This document shows positions 12,376 through 26,010 of a stretch of 64,000 nt of DNA, one piece after another; within the stretch, counting starts at the first letter, position 1, and every line of letters begins with the position of its first letter. The notes under the pieces were generated by a model. The model did not search any database, was not told the origin of the DNA, and worked only from the letters and a program-made list of their open reading frames with translations. The position numbers and the translations under genes were made by a program. The stretch is from the human T2T-CHM13v2.0 reference genome, Homo sapiens: NCBI RefSeq assembly GCF_009914755.1, contig NC_060929.1. One strand, given 5' to 3'.

Positions 12376-15300
12376 CTAATATGTAATTGTGAGTGTTAAA
12401 AAAAAGATTAAAATGTCACTGACATTTCAACAGCAACTCCTGATCCCACAAATTATTGAACAATATTATCAAAATTTTATGGTAACACTATTTTGAACCT
12501 TGAATGCTCACTTTAACCACCACATTAAGTGTGATAACTCAATGAAGATGGTTTTAGATTCAGCATAGTCCCTTTGGATCTTTTTAAGAAACCTAGTAAA
12601 GAATGCATTCTAGGAACATAAGGGACTAAATCAAGTTTCAGGAATGCATGAGATCCAGAAAGTTCGAATCCAAAGCAAGAAAGTAAATAAAATAAAATAA
12701 AATAAAATAAAAAAGTCTGGGATGACAGGCGTTCCTGACTATGAAGATTAGCCAGCCTGTGCTGGAACCAGAATACTGAGGGCTCTAAGATTGCATCTTC
12801 AGGTCTGCCAAATTGAAGCAAATGCTATAGGGCTGCTCACTAACAAATTTTCAGCAGCTGCCCACACAACACATCAAAAACACAAGACTGTAATATCTTG
12901 GAAAACATAACCCTGCTAAAAAAGATCTAAAAGATTCATCAGTTGAAAATAATTACTTAGGAAATAAAATGTCTGCCTTTTTTCTCTTTGACCTTTGGGA
13001 GCAATGGTATGCTCTGCTATAAATTTTAGCACATGAGACCTAAATTTTACAGTTAACAGTATAGCATTTTTGAAAATTACACTAAAAAATCAGTTTGTGT
13101 CTTAAACAATAAAAAAAATTTCATACATTTAGTGCTGTAGTGAGAGTGCTCGTAGGACAGAAAGCCAAAGAAGGAGGTTGACAATGGTGAATATTAAAAC
13201 AAAATAAAGGCACACGCAAAGGAAACCTTTCATAGCATGGCATTTAAATATGCAAAGATAACTAATACAGAAAACGGGGATGGGGGCAGGAAGGGAGGGT
13301 GGGGAGTGAAATTATATTTGGGGAGAACAGAATGATGGGTAACTGATGTCCATTTTCATCAATCATAAAAGCAAGTCAATGAGTAATGTATAAAAATATC
13401 TCAACAAATAACAAGAAGATACTAGTTAGAAAATTGTAGCTTAATCCTAGATGAACTAAAAAGAGTAATAAAGTTGTTATCTGTGAGAATTAGAGCTATA
13501 GATGAGAATGGAATGGATGGCTTATTTTATATATGTATATATACACACACACAGGCATACATACATGCATTTAATACTCTAGTAAAAATTGTTTTTAAAA
13601 ATTAAAAAATTTCCTAATGATAGAAGAAATAATCAGTTTATGATAAAAAAATTACCATATCAATGTTCTCTCCCGAAAGAGACAAAACAAAAGAAAAAAA
13701 CATTCCTTTGTTCCATTAATTTTACTTTCATATGGAATTCATTGTGAATATTAACTCTGGAAATTTGTTCTCAAACATTTTATTTTTAGTTTGACTTCTT
13801 TGTGATTATTTGATTTGTATTCTTAGGCACATGCTTAGAATCTGAAAATATGTCTGCTTTAAACTTGCCATTATAATTCTGGTCAAATATCCAAAAATTA
13901 TTTATTACTGTTTTTTATTTTTCGATTGGTGCAGAGACAATATTTGTTACAAGGTGTATTTCATGTTTATGAGAGTTAGTGTTTTTCATGTTAATTTTTA
14001 CTACTTTCAAGACTTAAACGGGAAAGTGATCATGCTCCACTGTTTCACATTAAAATGAATCTAAATTTTTTAAAATTTTACTGATGATACAATATAACTA
14101 TATTGATGATCTATCAGTTCTTTTCCACAGTAATTTGTCTGAAGAAATATAGATGGGTTGTGTGTGTGTGCATGAATGCACATACGTACATTAATTTTTT
14201 TCTAAAGCACACATGCATATAAACACATTTATTTTTCCCTAAAACAAAAATTGATTATATGGCAACATCAGTAATTAATTCATTCAACAAATTTATATTC
14301 AGTTCCCTACATACAGAAGTTAATCGTGCTTTCTCTGGAATTATGTTTATGCTCAGAAATCATTTTTAGGACAAGATTTATTGGGTCTATTTCAAAATTG
14401 AAAAGTGAATTTCTATATTTTAAATGTATGAAACAGTGATTCATTCACACTTTCTAATTTATTTCTAAGATGAGTCTGTTGAATAGAAGTATCCTACTTT
14501 GTCAAGCAAACTGAAATTACTAATTGAGAACCAGCATGCTCTTCCTCCAAGGGTGTTTGACATTTTGGGCAAGCAGTAGGCAGGGAACTAGAAAGCAGGC
14601 ATAGATTGTTTATGCGTACACTGACAAAGGCAAATGAGTGCTTAAGTTTCATTTCTCCTTAAAGACACCTATTTGCATGCTCCTTATTTTTTATCTTACA
14701 GTGACGAAGCTTTAATTATGTGGTATGCTTTCCTATCAATTCTAATTTATAGTTGTTTTAAATTCATTTCCAGGTGTCAGATTGAATCATCTGCTCCCCT
14801 TTTAATGTTTAGGCAGATAAATATTTCTTCCTGGTGGGTACATTCTTAGTATGGTTACCCATTTAAGCACAAAGGCATGAATGTGAGAAGGAGAGAGGTA
14901 ATTGCCATTTCTATATCACATAAATAAAGTCGTATTGAAAAAGTAAAAATCTAGAAGGTAACATCGCAAAGAAAGCTTCCTAAGGACTGAGCAAAATGTG
15001 GGGCTACATAAATAAGTGCACTTTCATCCTGATACTGACAACCTCACACAACATCTGCACTGGCAGTTATTAATGATTTCAAACAATTTTGATGCATTTA
15101 TGGTTTTTCACTATTTGAGGCTGATATTCCTGTTCACTTCTTCTACCAAAATTTGATCAATAGGACCTTTGCACTTGAATATTTAAAATACTGCCAATTT
15201 GTGTACAAGAGTTAAAAATAATTGACAGCTCACGTGAGTAAGCGACTTTGGAGGAAAGATATAATAGGTGATTTAAGAGATGTGACATAGTGACTTCCTT

Positions 15301-17317
15301 AAGAACAACAAAATGATGCCAGAAATCAACTGGGAGGGCGACAAAGGCAAACTGCTTACCTCTAGGTTTTGAGTTTAGCGACAAACAGCTGCTGTTTCTT
15401 TTTGTTGATAAAAACCAATAAAGTTCAAAGAGATATAATGTATCCTAATCCTTTATTCTCTACCCTCATTGCTACTCACATTTACATTAAAATTCTACTT
15501 CTCCAGAGTTGAGATGAAAAAGGCATCATATATATGAATCAACAAAATAATTTAACTTTAGCTTAATTTTTTTATTTGCTTTGTGTATAATCATATTGTA
15601 ACATCGCTATGCTGCATGATAATCTCGAACAATACTTGCTTTAAGAAAAATGTCATAATTATGCACGTTTATAAACCATTCCATTGTATAATGCTTAAAA
15701 GATGTTTTTTAATGAGCTTAAGAGGAAGAAATTAAAAACAAGATAAAGCTCCTTGGAGGGAACTGCAGAGTAGTTAAGGAAATTATGCAATGCTAAATGG
15801 GCATTTAGGAGAAAGCAGAGGAGAGCTGAAAGTCACACCAGAGACTGAGAAACTACTGAGGCTTTCGAATTGAAGATTCTTACCAGAGGAAAGAGAGAAA
15901 CCCAAATTTGTGAGCACTGGAGATACGATCATCAACTCAGCTTTGGGCATTTAAGTTAAATTAGAGCAAAACGAGATGCTGTACCATGTCTTAGTTTCCT
16001 GTTCAAGCTACTGAAGAAAGTAACTTGACAAAGCTTTCAGCGAAGCTGCCATGGATCCCCAGAGTCCTGGAAATCTGTTTTGCTACATTTCTCAAAAATG
16101 GTCTCCAAGTTAATTGGCATCAATAGATAATACACAATGGCAATGTGTAGAAACAATAAAAGCATATAGGATTCAGCGAGGTTAAGACAAACTTTAAATT
16201 AGTCACTCATAAATATATTGTCCTAGGTATTCTTTACAATGGATCTCACCTGAAATTGTAAGTGTACTAAAAACTCTGCAACAACAGCTTTAATTGTGTC
16301 TAAACAGGTTTGCATAACTGGTTTTACATCTATATTTCTAAATTTATACCTACTGAGGGATACTGTCCAAGTTGTCCTAGAGGACATCATGATACAGAAG
16401 GAGTGTGAATCCCATTATGTAAGATGCCAAGTAGTTCCGTCTAAGGCAACTTTCCACTGGACTAACTGGAATGTTCCAAGTAGGTTTTTGTATAATTTCC
16501 ATATACATGATTTCTCTTAGAGAATTACACAGTTCATCACAGACGGAAAATGTGTATTTCCCCTGGTTCTGTCATGCTAAACATTTAGCCTAGCTGATAT
16601 TTTACATGTCTATTTTCACTAATATCTCATTTGCACACATCAGATTCACATGCTGTATTTCACTAGCTACTAGATAGCACTATCTTTCTGCAGGGATCTC
16701 AATTCAAAATGCTCAAGTCCAGTTGAAATCCCTGTCCCTCTCTTCAACTAAACACTTCCGGTAGAAAGCTTGAAAGTATCTTTTCATTGATATTTTACCT
16801 TTTAACCCTCAAACCTTTTATCGACCTAGTTACTAAATTGTCTTAAATGTATCTCAAATTCCTCTTCTCTTCAGCATTAGTTCAGACTGCAGCAACTCTT
16901 GCTGTTCCTATCCAGCAATGTGCTTCATTGCTATCAAAATAATTGGTCAAAACAAAGAACTGTGCCTGATGCTGTCCGAAAAAAGATCTCTTAAATAATA
17001 TATGCAGCATTTTATCTTTTTATTCAACCCTTTCATGATGCTAACAACGTCTTATCTCATAATCTCACCTCTCACAATCCCTGATTTAAACCAAATTACA
17101 CACATTTCACTGAAGTCTGTTTTTATTCATTTTATCCCCTTTAACAACAATAACCACCAAAAATGTTCCTTCCCTCATTGCCCCTTATTTTTTTGCCTGG
17201 AAAATTCTTATTCATTTTAGAAGTAGTTTTAAATAATGTTCTTTTTCATGATTCCCTTATGTCTAAAATATTTAATTTAGACAATTATGGCACTAATCTT
17301 ATTGCATTACTCTCCAG

Positions 17318-17628
17318 TTATATGTGTGTACACATTTATGTTTTGTGTATATATGTATAAGTATATATAATCATATATATTTTGTGTATATATGGATGAA
17401 TATAAGTATATATAGTCATATATACTTACATAATTAAATACATATAGTCTTACATATACTTATATAAATATAGTCTTATAAATATTTATATAATTAAATA
17501 TACAGTCTTATATATATTTATATAATCAAATATACTTATATTTATACATATATACACAAAACATAAACATGTACACACATATTATATATATTTATATTTA
17601 TACATACATACACAAAACAAAATATATA
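17318..17628. repeat. AT-rich low-complexity tract with inverted arms
   Basis: (TA)-rich array; 17321-17360 is the reverse complement of 17542-17581 at 38/40. Confidence 0.85.
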
Positions 17629-17962
17629 GAGTCATGTTTCACTTAACAGGGATACGTTCTGAGAAATGCATTGTTAGATAATTTTGTTGTACAAACATCA
17701 CAGAGTGTACTTACACAAACCTAGATGGTATCGCTTTCTACACAACTAGGCTATATGGTACAGCCTACTGCTCCTAGGCTACAAACCTGTACAGCATGTT
17801 GCTGTATTGAATACTGCAGGCAATTGTAACACAATGGTATTTGTGTGTCTAAACATAGCTAAACACAGTAAAAAATAAGTATTGGTATTCTAATCTTACG
17901 AGACCACCATCACAATAGGTGGTCCGTCATTGACTGAAATGTCACTATGGAGTGCATGACTG
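17629..17962 (+). mobile_element. Tigger3a/Golem-type non-autonomous DNA transposon
   Basis: agtcatg...gggatacgttctgagaaatgc...cctaggctacaaacctgtacagcatg...catgactg, flanked by TA on both sides. Confidence 0.9.
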
Positions 17963-19007
17963 TATAGTTACAAAAGCAAGCAAGAAAAAGTGAGAGAGAC
18001 AATCAGTAAAAGAGAAACTGAAATGAAAAAAGGTAAATGTGTGTGTGTGTACGTGTGTCTGTGTGTATCAGAGACAGAGAGAGAGATTGTGTCTGTTTAT
18101 CCTACCAAAATGCAAATTAGTTGTGAATGTATCCTGTAGGTAATTTCTTACTTTAAGACAATTACAGTTCATTTTTATTTCTTAGCACAGTTCTTGGCAC
18201 ATAGTAGGGCTTCAGTCAATGTTTAATACATCAATGAATGCTTTAATAACATAATTTCTTTGTAACTCCTTCAAACTATAGGCATTGGGAACATGAGGGA
18301 AAATCTGACAGAAGTTGAGGATATTTTGGTGGTCACAGTAAAAAATCACACTGTATCTAATGAACATAAATCGTAGAACAGTGCTTTTGCATGTAAGTAG
18401 GATCATTTTTTTTCTAGATAATAAAACAGGGAAAAAGAGACATTTTTAATTTTATTCCCTTCTTTCTCATGCTGAAGCATCTTCCTTGGGGCATACCTGA
18501 CAGTTGCTCTAGTTGAAAAGTGCTTGATAATTTTAAAATATGCAAATCAGCCTGGGGCCTACATTACCTTGGGATCCCCAGTAGAGGAGAGGTTGACTCT
18601 ATTTACAAAGTGAAAATCAGCACTTATTAAATCAAATCTCTCTTGTACCAGGCAGGGATTATGATAGTCTCACAGCTCACTGAACGTACGTGTCTTAAAT
18701 CCCTATGTATATCATATAGACATTTCCTTGAAAGACCTTGTCTCATGCAAACTTGTTTATCTGCCCAGGCAGTATAAGGATCCCAGAAAAGAGGTCAGTC
18801 GTGTTTGGTCCTTGGATATTGCAAAAGCACCAAGCAATAAAAGTATGATTTACCTGTCTCTGTATCAACATGCATACACATTTTAAGAATTCAGTGTGTC
18901 CTGCCTGAATTTTGCCCTATAATCTATGTAAAAGTAGTGAACTACAGAATTAACTAAAGTGGGATGCATCAAGGAAGATTAAATTTTTGATGTGCCAATA
19001 TCTTTCT

Positions 19008-19315
19008 AGGTGTAGTGCTTTGAAGCACAGGCTTAAAAGCCGAATAACCTGGATCCGCAACCTGCTTCTTATTTATTTCATGAACAAGTGACTTTACATT
19101 TACATGATTCTGTTTTTTTAACTAATGAAAAGGGGTAGATTTATGTTGGTGCAAAAGTAATCGCAGTTTTTGCTATTAATGGAAAAATTACTTTTGCACC
19201 AACCTAATACATTGTCTATCTCATACGGATGATGTAAAGATTGAGTTTATATTTGCACAATATTTTACAGTAGTATTTAGTACATGCTATATCAATGCCT
19301 AATACTATTATTTTT
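19008..19315 (+). mobile_element. MIR SINE, interrupted by MADE1
   Basis: Degenerate MIR core: caagtgacttt... and tctatctcatacggatgatgtaaagattgag. Confidence 0.6.
19141..19207. mobile_element. MADE1 (Hsmar1-derived MITE)
   Basis: tta(t)gttggtgcaaaagtaat...attacttttgcaccaacctaa terminal inverted repeats. Confidence 0.93.
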
Positions 19316-21607
19316 ACACTGTTGCTGTTTTATTTACTTGGGCAAACCAGATAATCCTTTTTTAAGTAATTTAATAAGATAAAGTCAGTAGCCCTACAAT
19401 GGCATTCAGACAAAACAAACAAACAAGCATGCATAGGTATGACATCTCTTTTAGGTTCCGCATAATTCTGGAATTGTTTACAGTTGCTTCTGAATTGGTT
19501 GTAGTTGTGTATAATCTTTAGTGTTAATTTGATGGGAAATATAATGAATTGATGTTGAAATTCTCAGGAAGTAAGATCTTCCTTCAGTTTATTTGTATAC
19601 TCAAAGTCTTCCATCACCTATAATTTATCTTAATAAAAACTGTCCTTTAAGTGGGGAAATTTTTTATTAATTTTCACAACTAACATTAACCAAATGATGA
19701 AAAACTGCTTATATTTGTCACTATTCTCAATAATCCATGGGAAATATATAGTAGACAACAATAAATTCATTCTTTTGCGTGCATTTAGGATTGATCTGGA
19801 TGCTTACATAATAAATATCATATCAAATCTCACTTAATTTGACATTGATTATCTATATACATAATACCCTGCATACATATGAGAGAGTCACTCAATCATA
19901 CAGTGACCTTTTGCTTGGAGTTTGTAAGGATTTTTTCTCCCTCATAAAGGCTCAGCAAAGCTGACACTACATAAATGTACATGTTATTGGTCCATGACTT
20001 CTATTTGTCAACCTAAATTGTGTGCAATAATGTCTGTGAGTCAGTGAGTGTACAGAAGCATGATTCTATAAAAGCCAGGTTTCTCAGGAGCTCATACCCA
20101 TTGTTAAGTGGAATTTGAAAACAATCTGCTTTCCTTGACTTTTGTCCCTGTGATGGGATGTATGGAAAAGCACCTACCTGTGAATAAAAGGCTCTATTTT
20201 TACTTTTTTTTTTTTTTTTTTTTTGAACTAGTGTCTAGTCCTAGGCACCAACCAGTTGGCTGGGACCCTGACCACCTGCTTAAATGCTTTTGCAAACTCT
20301 TTATCTCTAGGTCTTGACCTTCTTCTCTGGTGCCTTTTTTTTTTCCTTGAATAGATTTGAGAGTCTTTTCAAATAGACATTCTCTGGAGTGTTAAGGCAA
20401 AGATGGAATTAGCCAGGCCTCAGTACATTAGATGTCCCTTAATCACTAACTATGGGCAGATGAAAATCAATATTGTAACATTTTCTCAGGGATACTTTTT
20501 GTAAAACCTTTTGGAAACAAATACTGTTGTCCCAGTTGGTTTTGTCAAGCCCTACAATGATCAGGTTTCAGTAATGTAATCTTTTCATAGACCTTTCCAA
20601 TGATCAGTTTTCACAATTTTACATAATTTTATGATTTTCTATTTTTTATGATTTTAGAGAAAGAAGGAAGGAAAAGGGGTAAACAAGACTAAAAATATTC
20701 AAGTGAAAATACCAGGCAGATAGATTTAAAGTATGGAAGTATAATATTTTTCTAACACTAGCAAAATGAAACAGAAAAAAATAAGGATTATTGAATGTTT
20801 GGTTGGAGAGCAGGAAAATTTGCTCTGGAATCCTCCTCAATGGAACTGTTATTGGTACATATGAAGTAAGTGCATTTATTTCGTATACATTTTAATATTT
20901 AGAGCCCAAAGAGTAGAAAATACTTTTAGATATCAGGATTTAGGTATTAGATATTAGGATTTTAGATATCAGTTTTAAGGTGCATCCCTACCTTCTAAGC
21001 CATGGACTCCTTTTAAGAATTATACTAATGTGCATATGTTAATGTTCACATATTTATATACTTTAAAAACCATGAGACTATAAAGATAACTTAGATCAGG
21101 CACACAGTTATGATTTTGTTAATGGCAATGATAATTTATAATTATCAATGTTCCCCTGAGCGTAAAGCCCTCTAAACTCATCTCCCATCAACCTCCTCAT
21201 TCTTTGGAATGTTCCAGCCACAGGAGGTTTCAGTTGTGGATAGACTCCCTTCAATTTCCAACCTCAGGATTTCCCACATGCTGATCTTTTTGCTTAGTGG
21301 ATTTCTCCCTCTATTGGTGGCTAGATCCACTCTATATTGCAGTGTTCAGGTGAAATATCACCTTTTGAATGACAGCTTCTATTAGCCTTCCCCCTTCCCC
21401 AGTCACCAAATCCTGCTTACATTGGAATTGTCTCACATGTTATTCTTTTTATACAGGTCTGAACCAACCCCTTGCCAGTCACTGATGCTTTTACTTATGT
21501 ATGATTTGTCTCCCCTGCTTTAATGAAAGGCAATAGGGATACAAACCAGGGCTTTTTGTTGCTATTTTGACAAACACCATATACTTGTACTTAGTTTCTA
21601 AAATGGC

Positions 21608-21969
21608 TGTATTAGTCTATTCTCATGCTGCTGATAAAGACATACCCAAGACTGGGTAATTTATAAAGGAAAGACGTTTAATTGACTCACAGCTCCACAT
21701 GGCTGGGGAGGCCTCACAAACGTGGTGGAAGGTGAATGAGGAGCAAAGTCACGTCTTACATGGCAGCAGGAAAGATAGCTTGTATAGAGGAACTCCCAAT
21801 TATAACACCATCGGATCTCATGAGACTTATTCACTATCACAAGAATAGCACGGGAAAGACCACCCCCGTGATTCAGTTACCTCCCACTGGTCCCTCCCAT
21901 GACACGTGGGAATTATGGGAGCTACAATTCAAGATGAGATTGGGGTGGGAACACAGCCAAACCATATCA
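21608..21969 (-). mobile_element. THE1 (MaLR) solo LTR
   Basis: tgtattagtc...cacagccaaaccatatca; flanked by ATGGC and ATGGT (5 bp TSD, 1 mismatch). Confidence 0.95.
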
Positions 21970-22054
21970 ATGGTATTTGGTGCAAGGGTGATCTCAATAA
22001 ATATTTTTATATCAATGAATTTGTGATGTACTTGAATTGCCCCTCATATGACAT

Positions 22055-22266
22055 CAAAATTTCTCACTTAGATGCTACTGGGATATTGGGCCAGATAACT
22101 CTTTGTCATTAAAATTGTAAGGATGCTTAGAAGCAGCCCTAGCTTCCACCCATTAGATTCCAGTAGTACTTGGCAGTTGACATAATCAAAAACGTCTTGG
22201 GACATTGCCAAATGTCCAGGGCCATGGCTAGGGAGGGCAAAATTATCACTGAATGAGAAACATTGT
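22055..22266 (-). mobile_element. MER20 (hAT-Charlie)
   Basis: gggccagataactctttgt...gacattgccaaatgtcc...gggcaaaat...tgagaaacattg. Confidence 0.8.
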
Positions 22267-22698
22267 TATAAATCCACACAATAAAATAAATGAAAAAATA
22301 AAGCAAGATATCTGAGTTTTCATTTGTCTCTGTCTCCTCCAAATGACTGAGATTGTTGATACAGCATACAGGGAAATAATGAATTTGGATCAGCCAACCT
22401 AAAGGAAAGTTTGAGTTGTGACCTAACTTTTATAATATTGAATAATAATAATAATAATGGTAATAGAGCACTAGCATTAGTCAACATTATTGGATGCATA
22501 AATACACTAAATTCCAGCCACTGAGTCCATGCTTCCTAGATATTAAATTATTTTGTCTTAGATTACTCTGCAAAGAAGAGACTGCTATCCAGTGTTACTG
22601 ATGACAATGAAAAATAGATGGTCAGTTTAACTGACCCAAGTGAAAAACCTACTGAGTGAAAATTACTGGGACTCACACAGGATGACTGCAGGGCCTGC

Positions 22699-22963
22699 TG
22701 CTGAGCTATCCAATATGGCAGCCACTAGCCAAGCCACTAACCATCATATAGCTATGACTACAAATGTAGTTTTTGAAATGAGATTTGATGTAAGTTGAAA
22801 ATACTTGATAACTTGATATAAGCTTAAGAATTAGATAAAAAAATTTAAAATATTTGAGTATGTTTTATATTGATGACATATTTAAAGGGTAATGTTGGGT
22901 TAAAGAAAAACATATAATTCAAATAAATGTCTCTTGCTTTTTGAAAACTTTTCCTATGTGGCT
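22699..22963 (-). mobile_element. MER33-like (hAT-Charlie) fragment
   Basis: gctatccaatatggcagccactagcca...ttgggttaaa...tgtggct. Confidence 0.65.
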
Positions 22964-23307
22964 TTATCATTTCTATCCTAAGCCTCCTTTTCTTCTATAC
23001 TTTGGGTATAATAATAGTAATGGTGTCTATAGATTAGTTGTGAGGTTTCAATGATATGCTACATATGAAAGGCTTCATGAACTGTAGAACTCCCTCCAAA
23101 GATTGTCTATTTATTTAAATAACATTCAATATGAAATACAATTTTCCAGACGTTATATGATTTAGACAATCAAATAACATTCTAATTCTCATGAATGTGT
23201 GTTCCCAAAGGTCAGATAAGGTTGTAAATATTCATAACAAAAAAGATAACTTAGAAAATAAAAATCCATAAATTATGTTTCCATCTATAATTTGAAAATA
23301 ATGGGAC

Positions 23308-23560
<253 letters not shown>

Positions 23561-25299
23561 AGACAAGATATGGGATGATCTAAAATCCTCTAAATGTATT
23601 GTACTATACATTCGGAGTTGGAGGTAGATTTAATTTACTTATTGAATGTGTCATTTGTAAATGGACTGTATTTTAGACACATGTGTATATATATTCCTGA
23701 AAATGTAAAATATAATACTACTCCCAAAGGAAATTTATTACTGATAAAATACTTTTTTTCTCCAGTAATAGTTTTGCTCATTGTGGATTATGCAATTAAT
23801 TAGTTATGGTTTATTGTGCTGAATTTGCATGTTCATTCTCCTGGTAAAAGGCTCGAGCTAAGAGGTGGTCAAAAATACTTGTAAAATGTGAAATTTAAAT
23901 TTTAAACAGCACACACCTTTAAACTTGTTCTAAGAAATATGCAGGATTATTATTGGTTTTATTTTTCTTACCAATATTAAAGGTAACCTGGAGCTGAAAC
24001 CTAATTAATTGAAAAAAGCATAAGCACATGCCTTGCCCTATGAGTTCTGGAGCCCAGCACCACAGCAGCAGACCTGATGGGCATACGTTAAATATCTAAT
24101 CAAAAACTGTCACAAATATATAGGTACGTGATTAGTGTGCTCAAGAAAATTCTATATGAATTTTGAAATCTTTCCAAATACATGCTTTTAAACAATTTAA
24201 TTTGAATCATGCACTATTAATAATGAAAGTTAGGTAAAAATAGTACAGAAAAGAGAAAAAATGCTTTTAAAGAGTCAAAACAATGCTGTTAATTCTTAGA
24301 CAGTAATTCCTCTGAGCAACGGCCTTTAATATAAAGATAAATATTACAAAAAAAGCTACTGCCTTTAAATTTTAATACTTTATCACAAGGTATTTAAAGT
24401 AAATTACAAACTAAAATGGTGGGGGGACCAATTCAGAGGTTAATATTCAGCATATACTGGACATTCAGGACATAGGCTGTAGTCGAATATTTTTTTTTGT
24501 GTCACATTTCTAATGACCCTAATTTCTATCTTTAAATACAGGATCTTTTAGCAAAGCAAAAAATTGGGAGTGTCCATTGAGACTTGATACCATCCTCTTT
24601 AGTATGCGAGCAGACATGTAATCTACCAAATTTGTACAAGAAAGAAGAATAAATGTATGTGTTTCTATGGTCAGGAGCTAAAGGTTCTTTACCTATTCCT
24701 AATCTATTTTAAGAATTTGAGAGGTCAGTTCAAAATAGATCTATGCATAGATCAGGAATGCAAAATGTTATACTAAGGTTGTCACTCCACACATAATAAC
24801 ATTAAATGCAAGTCAGATAGTTTTCGGAGGTTCTCGATCTACAGTGCTTTCTGGCTTAGTTCTTATAATTTGTCAAATTAGATTTTTTGTCGAAAAAAAT
24901 TGTCCTCAATTTAGGATCCCCTTTATTTAATTTGAAACAGAAACAAACATATTTATTGTAAAATTATGACTTTGTTTTCTAATAAACATTGTTTCCTTTT
25001 GTTAGCTGAAAGAAACAGTTCTTAAACTACAATTACAGATGCCAGGCTCACATATGAAGAGGTTTGGGATCATAGGTCTTCCTGTCTCTGAGTGAAATAT
25101 GCTTGTAATATTCAATTTTATCTTTTAATAACAGTGAGTTCATCAGCATGTACACCTTTTGTTTACTTTTGTATCACATTTTCAATATGTTTTAAATTAA
25201 ATGAATGACAATTGCTTTCTCTTTTCTTTTTCTTTCTTTGTCTGTCTTTTTTTACTCTAAATCTTTTGCCCGGCAGAATGACCATTAAAGGGTGCTTAC

Positions 25300-25467
25300 T
25301 CTGGGGGAAACGTGGTGGGTTGTCATTGACATCTGTCAGCGTGATGTTCACAGTGGTTGTCCCCGATAAGCCTCCCATCTGGCCGCCCATGTCTTTGGCC
25401 TGGATGACCACTTGGTATTGCTCTCTGTTTTCTCTGTTCATGTTCGGTAAAGCAGTCCTGATGATAC
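25300..25467 (-). CDS. CDH10: Cadherin-10 coding exon (probably exon 5), 168 bp, second half of EC2
   Basis: Encodes (G)[55 protein letters not shown] with the DxNDN Ca2+-binding motif. Acceptor ctcaag|GT, donor CAGA|GTAAGC. Confidence 0.97.
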
Positions 25468-25890
25468 CTTGAGAAAATATAAAAAAACTTCCATTATCTT
25501 CACTGAAATCTCCATTGTTATTTTATTAAGTCCACAAAAAGTATTTTTAAGCTAGTGATTTTTTTGAAAGATACGTTTTGATACTCGTTTTTATTGTCTA
25601 GAAATTATAAAAGTGATTCTGCGGAAATATCATTTGTATTGTGTTACCCTTTCCTAGCAATACCACATGTGCTTTGAGTGGCCTATGCTTATATGTTCAA
25701 ATATCTAAACAGAGGTTTCCATTAGTTCACTCTATCATTTAACTTTGAGTTCTTATATCTTTAAGTGTTGTGTCTTCACTCATCTGTGAGTATTAATGTT
25801 AAGGTTTTGTTCTTATTCTCCCATGGTCTTTCTACTGATAAAGGTCATAAAGATGATCAAATGAACAAACAGCAATTCATGATTCCTGAC

Positions 25891-26010
25891 CTGTTTCAGG
25901 CTCCACAGAGAAATAGGGCTGCCCTTGAAGTATGCTGTAAATGACTCTGGCGCTGTTCCCATATGAAGGGTCATCGGCATCTGTAGCTGTGACTTGCACC
26001 ACAGAAGTAC
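25891..26010 (-). CDS. CDH10: Cadherin-10 coding exon (probably exon 4), 120 bp, first half of EC2
   Basis: Encodes (G)[39 protein letters not shown]. Acceptor cttcag|GT, donor CAG|GTCAGG. Confidence 0.97.
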
